Origin: a virus
Taxonomy: Duplodnaviria; Caudoviricetes
DNA: 35,272 nt
IMG/VR virus record: IMGVR_UViG_3300036767_000520
Location: 1-35,272 of that record
Reading direction: 5' to 3' (one strand)
Position numbers and translations under genes: made by a program. The notes beneath the pieces are model-generated. The model had not been told where the DNA came from. It was given only the letters and a program-made list of their open reading frames with translations, and did not search any database. This document shows positions 32,248 through 35,272 of this stretch, one piece after another; position 1 is the first letter of the stretch; each line of letters starts with the position of its first letter.

Positions 32248-35151
32248 TTAGAATTGTAGTAAGCCGGGACGATAGTGATGATCATTTTTAGACCCATGAC
32301 CACTTGCATAAGTACCCTCATAGCCACAAGTGAGAACTTGTCCTTTAGAAGTCAAGATAGCCATTGTGTTTTCCCCGTCATAACCAAACCACCTAAAGTC
32401 AATGCAGTTGGCTGGCCCAGTAGGTTGTGGATAATAAGAGTTACCAACCGTAGTTCCACTTATCCCATGATAAGTTGAATTGTTACTGGTGTGTCCTCGT
32501 CCACAAGCTGCCTGATTATTCTCACCCATACAGTACATCTGACCACCCTCACCCGCATCCCATTGTGATGTACCATCATCCTTCTCTTCATCAAGAATAT
32601 AGCCCATGATGCGTTGAGAAGAGTTACCACCGTGGGTTATAACGTGACGGCATCGGTGCGTGGAAGCGTAACCTATATATTCGTGATAATTTGGGGTGTC
32701 AATTTGCCCCCCATAACCCGAATTGTTTATGCAAGAGTAGTACATAGTGGAGCTATACTTATCGAGCTTAATTGTGACCGTAGCCCCTGGCGTTCCCGGT
32801 GTTCCACTTCTTGAAACCTGATGTTTATATTCAAAACCACCTGCGTGAGGATGATTACTTGTTTCTGAAAATGTAAAGACAGTCCCAGAATTTGTTGCAT
32901 CCGAAACATCGAAAGTCCAAGTGTAGCCCTCTCTAAGAGAGATAGTGGGTTGGGAAACCGCATCGATGTGAAACACACCACCAGAAACGGTAACAACTTT
33001 TGTAAGGCTTGTTTCCTCTACAAGGACAGCCGTTGCACCAGAGATTTCCCCTGTGATGGTTTCTCCAGCCACAAAAGAAGTAGTCTGATTTTGGTCAGAA
33101 CACATTTCACCAGTATAAATTGGTTCAGGCAGATCCTTTCTGCCACCAACAATTGGATTTGTGGAGTCATATCTAATTCTTGTGATATCAGATTCAGTTG
33201 AACTTGGTACGTTCCAACACCACGCTTTTGCACCAGAGATTGATCCTGTAACAACTTCTTGCTGAAATGTTCCAGTTGATGCACTATGCGTTAACTTGTC
33301 TGAGTACTGTGAATCTCTGGCAGGGTTACTTAATTTTCCCTCATGGTCATTGATAGGGCTAATCCAAGAGGATTGTTGATTTGAGTTCGCATTACCCAAA
33401 TTTCCATAACCATTATATCCCACAGTCCAAACCCTGCCCCAAGCATCGGTAGCAATTGAACAAGAGTAGTTACCGCTTGTAACTTGGACCATATTCCACT
33501 TAGCTTTAGCCCCCGCCCAATGTCCAGAGTATGACCTTGTCCAAGAGTTCATTTGGCTACCATGTCCAACCCCTCCCTCCCCATGATTGTTAAAACCACA
33601 AGTGAACATTCCACCATCCCCTGCTTCAGTCCACCCTGCTCTTGGGGTTCCCGGTGAAGTGGCAACTCCATTTATTTTTCCTTGGTCTTCCATAATGCAA
33701 AAGGAATGTGCATAAGAATCTCTTCCACCAAACCATACATATTTAACTGGAGCATCAGGAAGCCCTGCGGTTCCGTTTCTCAATACTGGAGTATAAGAAT
33801 GACTAGTATTACCACTACCCAAGTTACCATAGCCGTTAAAACCCCATGTATATAATTCGCCACCTCTGTAGTTATCAGACTTGTCTGTAACAACCGCTAC
33901 GGAACCGTGATAAGAATTAGCAATACAAATTTGTTTAATTTTCTTACCAGAGAGTTGAGACATCGGTCCCCACCCAGTTGAATAAGTACTTGTGTTCCCG
34001 GTCCCAAGCTGACCATAGTTATTATGACCACTTGACCACACTTCTGGTGTGCCTAGTGGGAACTCATCAGTCTTTTTCTCTTGGTCGTATGTACAATAGA
34101 TTGCAAAATAGTTATAACCACTACCATCTTCTTCGCATAGTGCCATATCGTAAATATAATACCTCTGCCCATTCAGTGGATATTTCTCCCAATTGGAGCC
34201 AGTATTATAAGGAAACTTAATTTCCCTTGGCATCGGGTAATTAGAACCAGTATTAAATGGGAAAGCGTAATGACCTTGATGCCCCCATCCGTAAGCTCTA
34301 CCTTTGTCTGTGATTGCTGCCTGTGCATCTCTGGTTATATAAATTTGCGTGAGGAAGCCTTCGCAACCATTACCAGTAGGCAAATCCATTGTGGGATTAT
34401 TGTCACCCCTACCATGTGCATAGTTATCATCACTACCCCATGATCTATGAGTTCCATCATCCATAAGAACAGAAGACTGTCGGTAAGTTCTCTGCCCAGA
34501 TGTTCGCCTTGGGAACCGAATCGCTCCACCAAATTTAGTGGTTGGTTTATTTAGAATTTCCGCATCACCAGACGTTGCGTTCCAATCAGGTTGTGCAGTA
34601 CCTTGTGCAAAGAAAGCCCAGTAAGTAGAATTTAAAGTTGATGTTATTTCATCATATGGGTCTTGCCCTGTATGAGCTAACACGCATCGGAAGGTATGCT
34701 TTCCATGAGTTACTAGGTCGTTTAGAATGTAGGTTGTTGCCACATCCCAATCACCTTGATGAACTAATCTGTTACCATTGGCAAAGAAAGCCCAATAGGT
34801 TGCGTTGAGTGTTTGAGTTGCATCGTCAAAAGGATCTTGAGCCAATGCAGGTGCATTTATACAGATGAATGAACTTTCTTTTTGTCTGACAACATCATTT
34901 AGTGTGTAGGTTGTTGCCACATCCCATTCACCCTTGTGGTCAATTTCAGATCCTTTTGCTAGAAAATCCCAATTGGTTGAATCGAGAGTTCCCGTATCTT
35001 GATCATATGGAGCGTTATTTACATTTGAATCTACCTTCGATATAAAACTGTGCTTCCCATAAAGCACGAAATCATCAACCGCATAAGTTGTCGCGCCACT
35101 CCATGTTCCACGATTGATGGGCTTGATTTTCCCTAAGTCAATAATTGCCAT
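32248..35151 (-). CDS. tail fibre / receptor-binding protein with CBM5/12-like repeats and RCC1 beta-propeller
   Basis: MAIIDLGKIKPINRGTW start, three GxWxxATTYxxxDxV repeats, and several G(F/Y/H)NxYGxLGxG RCC1 repeats. Confidence 0.85.
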   Translation of the reverse strand: MAIIDLGKIKPINRGTWSGATTYAVDDFVLYGKHSFISKVDSNVNNAPYDQDTGTLDSTNWDFLAKGSEIDHKGEWDVATTYTLNDVVRQKESSFICINAPALAQDPFDDATQTLNATYWAFFANGNRLVHQGDWDVATTYILNDLVTHGKHTFRCVLAHTGQDPYDEITSTLNSTYWAFFAQGTAQPDWNATSGDAEILNKPTTKFGGAIRFPRRTSGQRTYRQSSVLMDDGTHRSWGSDDNYAHGRGDNNPTMDLPTGNGCEGFLTQIYITRDAQAAITDKGRAYGWGHQGHYAFPFNTGSNYPMPREIKFPYNTGSNWEKYPLNGQRYYIYDMALCEEDGSGYNYFAIYCTYDQEKKTDEFPLGTPEVWSSGHNNYGQLGTGNTSTYSTGWGPMSQLSGKKIKQICIANSYHGSVAVVTDKSDNYRGGELYTWGFNGYGNLGSGNTSHSYTPVLRNGTAGLPDAPVKYVWFGGRDSYAHSFCIMEDQGKINGVATSPGTPRAGWTEAGDGGMFTCGFNNHGEGGVGHGSQMNSWTRSYSGHWAGAKAKWNMVQVTSGNYSCSIATDAWGRVWTVGYNGYGNLGNANSNQQSSWISPINDHEGKLSNPARDSQYSDKLTHSASTGTFQQEVVTGSISGAKAWCWNVPSSTESDITRIRYDSTNPIVGGRKDLPEPIYTGEMCSDQNQTTSFVAGETITGEISGATAVLVEETSLTKVVTVSGGVFHIDAVSQPTISLREGYTWTFDVSDATNSGTVFTFSETSNHPHAGGFEYKHQVSRSGTPGTPGATVTIKLDKYSSTMYYSCINNSGYGGQIDTPNYHEYIGYASTHRCRHVITHGGNSSQRIMGYILDEEKDDGTSQWDAGEGGQMYCMGENNQAACGRGHTSNNSTYHGISGTTVGNSYYPQPTGPANCIDFRWFGYDGENTMAILTSKGQVLTCGYEGTYASGHGSKNDHHYRPGLLQF

Positions 35152-35163
35152 CTATTTCTCTCC

Positions 35164-35271
35164 CTAAGTTAATGTTACTTGTAAGTGTCCCAAGCTATCA
35201 ATCGTGAAGCTTGTGTCAGGCCCTGCCAAAAAACTATCGTCATAATCAATTACATTAAAGGTCCCCGATGA
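35164..35271 (-). CDS. 3' end of the upstream tail gene (partial)
   Basis: Open frame ...DYDDSFLAGPDTSFTIDSLGHLQVTLT* running in from the window edge. Confidence 0.7.
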   Translation of the reverse strand, partial: SSGTFNVIDYDDSFLAGPDTSFTIDSLGHLQVTLT

Positions 35272-35272
35272 T

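Larger units (their letters stand above)
1..35272. mobile_element. temperate tailed phage or prophage, partial genome
   Basis: Repressor, integrase, terminase, ejection, tail and lysis genes are all present; no host housekeeping genes. Confidence 0.95.

Noticed and set aside
34729-34926. 21-bp direct repeat gtaggttgttgccacatccca in the tail fibre as an invertase or shufflon site
   Set aside because: The copies are direct, in frame, 177 bp apart, and explained by the WDVATTY domain repeats.
1-35272. Genome-wide stop-codon reassignment
   Set aside because: Standard code gives dense, long ORFs up to 3002 aa, and TAA, TAG and TGA all end well-supported genes.

Overview
This window is about 35 kb of a temperate tailed dsDNA phage or prophage with a podovirus-type ejection module. 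No host housekeeping genes, tRNA, rRNA or CRISPR array were seen. The left part (1-9.9 kb, mostly + strand) holds small early genes, an HTH repressor, face-to-face sigma70 promoters, a YqaJ-type exonuclease, a T7 gp2.5-like SSB, a tyrosine integrase, DnaB, a PD-(D/E)xK nuclease and a Holliday-junction resolvase. The right part (9.96-35.3 kb, - strand) is the late region: RCC1-repeat tail fibre, holin/spanin-like genes, a GNAT-like protein, two small ejection proteins, a 1294-aa ejection protein with a lytic transglycosylase, a 3002-aa polyvalent ejection protein, the packaging genes and an M15 endolysin. Portal and capsid genes are not in the window. Most notable: (1) the terminase large subunit is split into two genes in permuted order, with the nuclease half upstream and the ATPase half downstream of TerS; (2) the giant protein carries enzyme modules separated by a repeated KPKASGK linker that is also conserved at DNA level; (3) a 29-43 bp piece of the giant gene's LPD38-like region occurs three times in frame inside the neighbouring ejection gene. 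All product calls come from motif recognition by eye; no database search was run.
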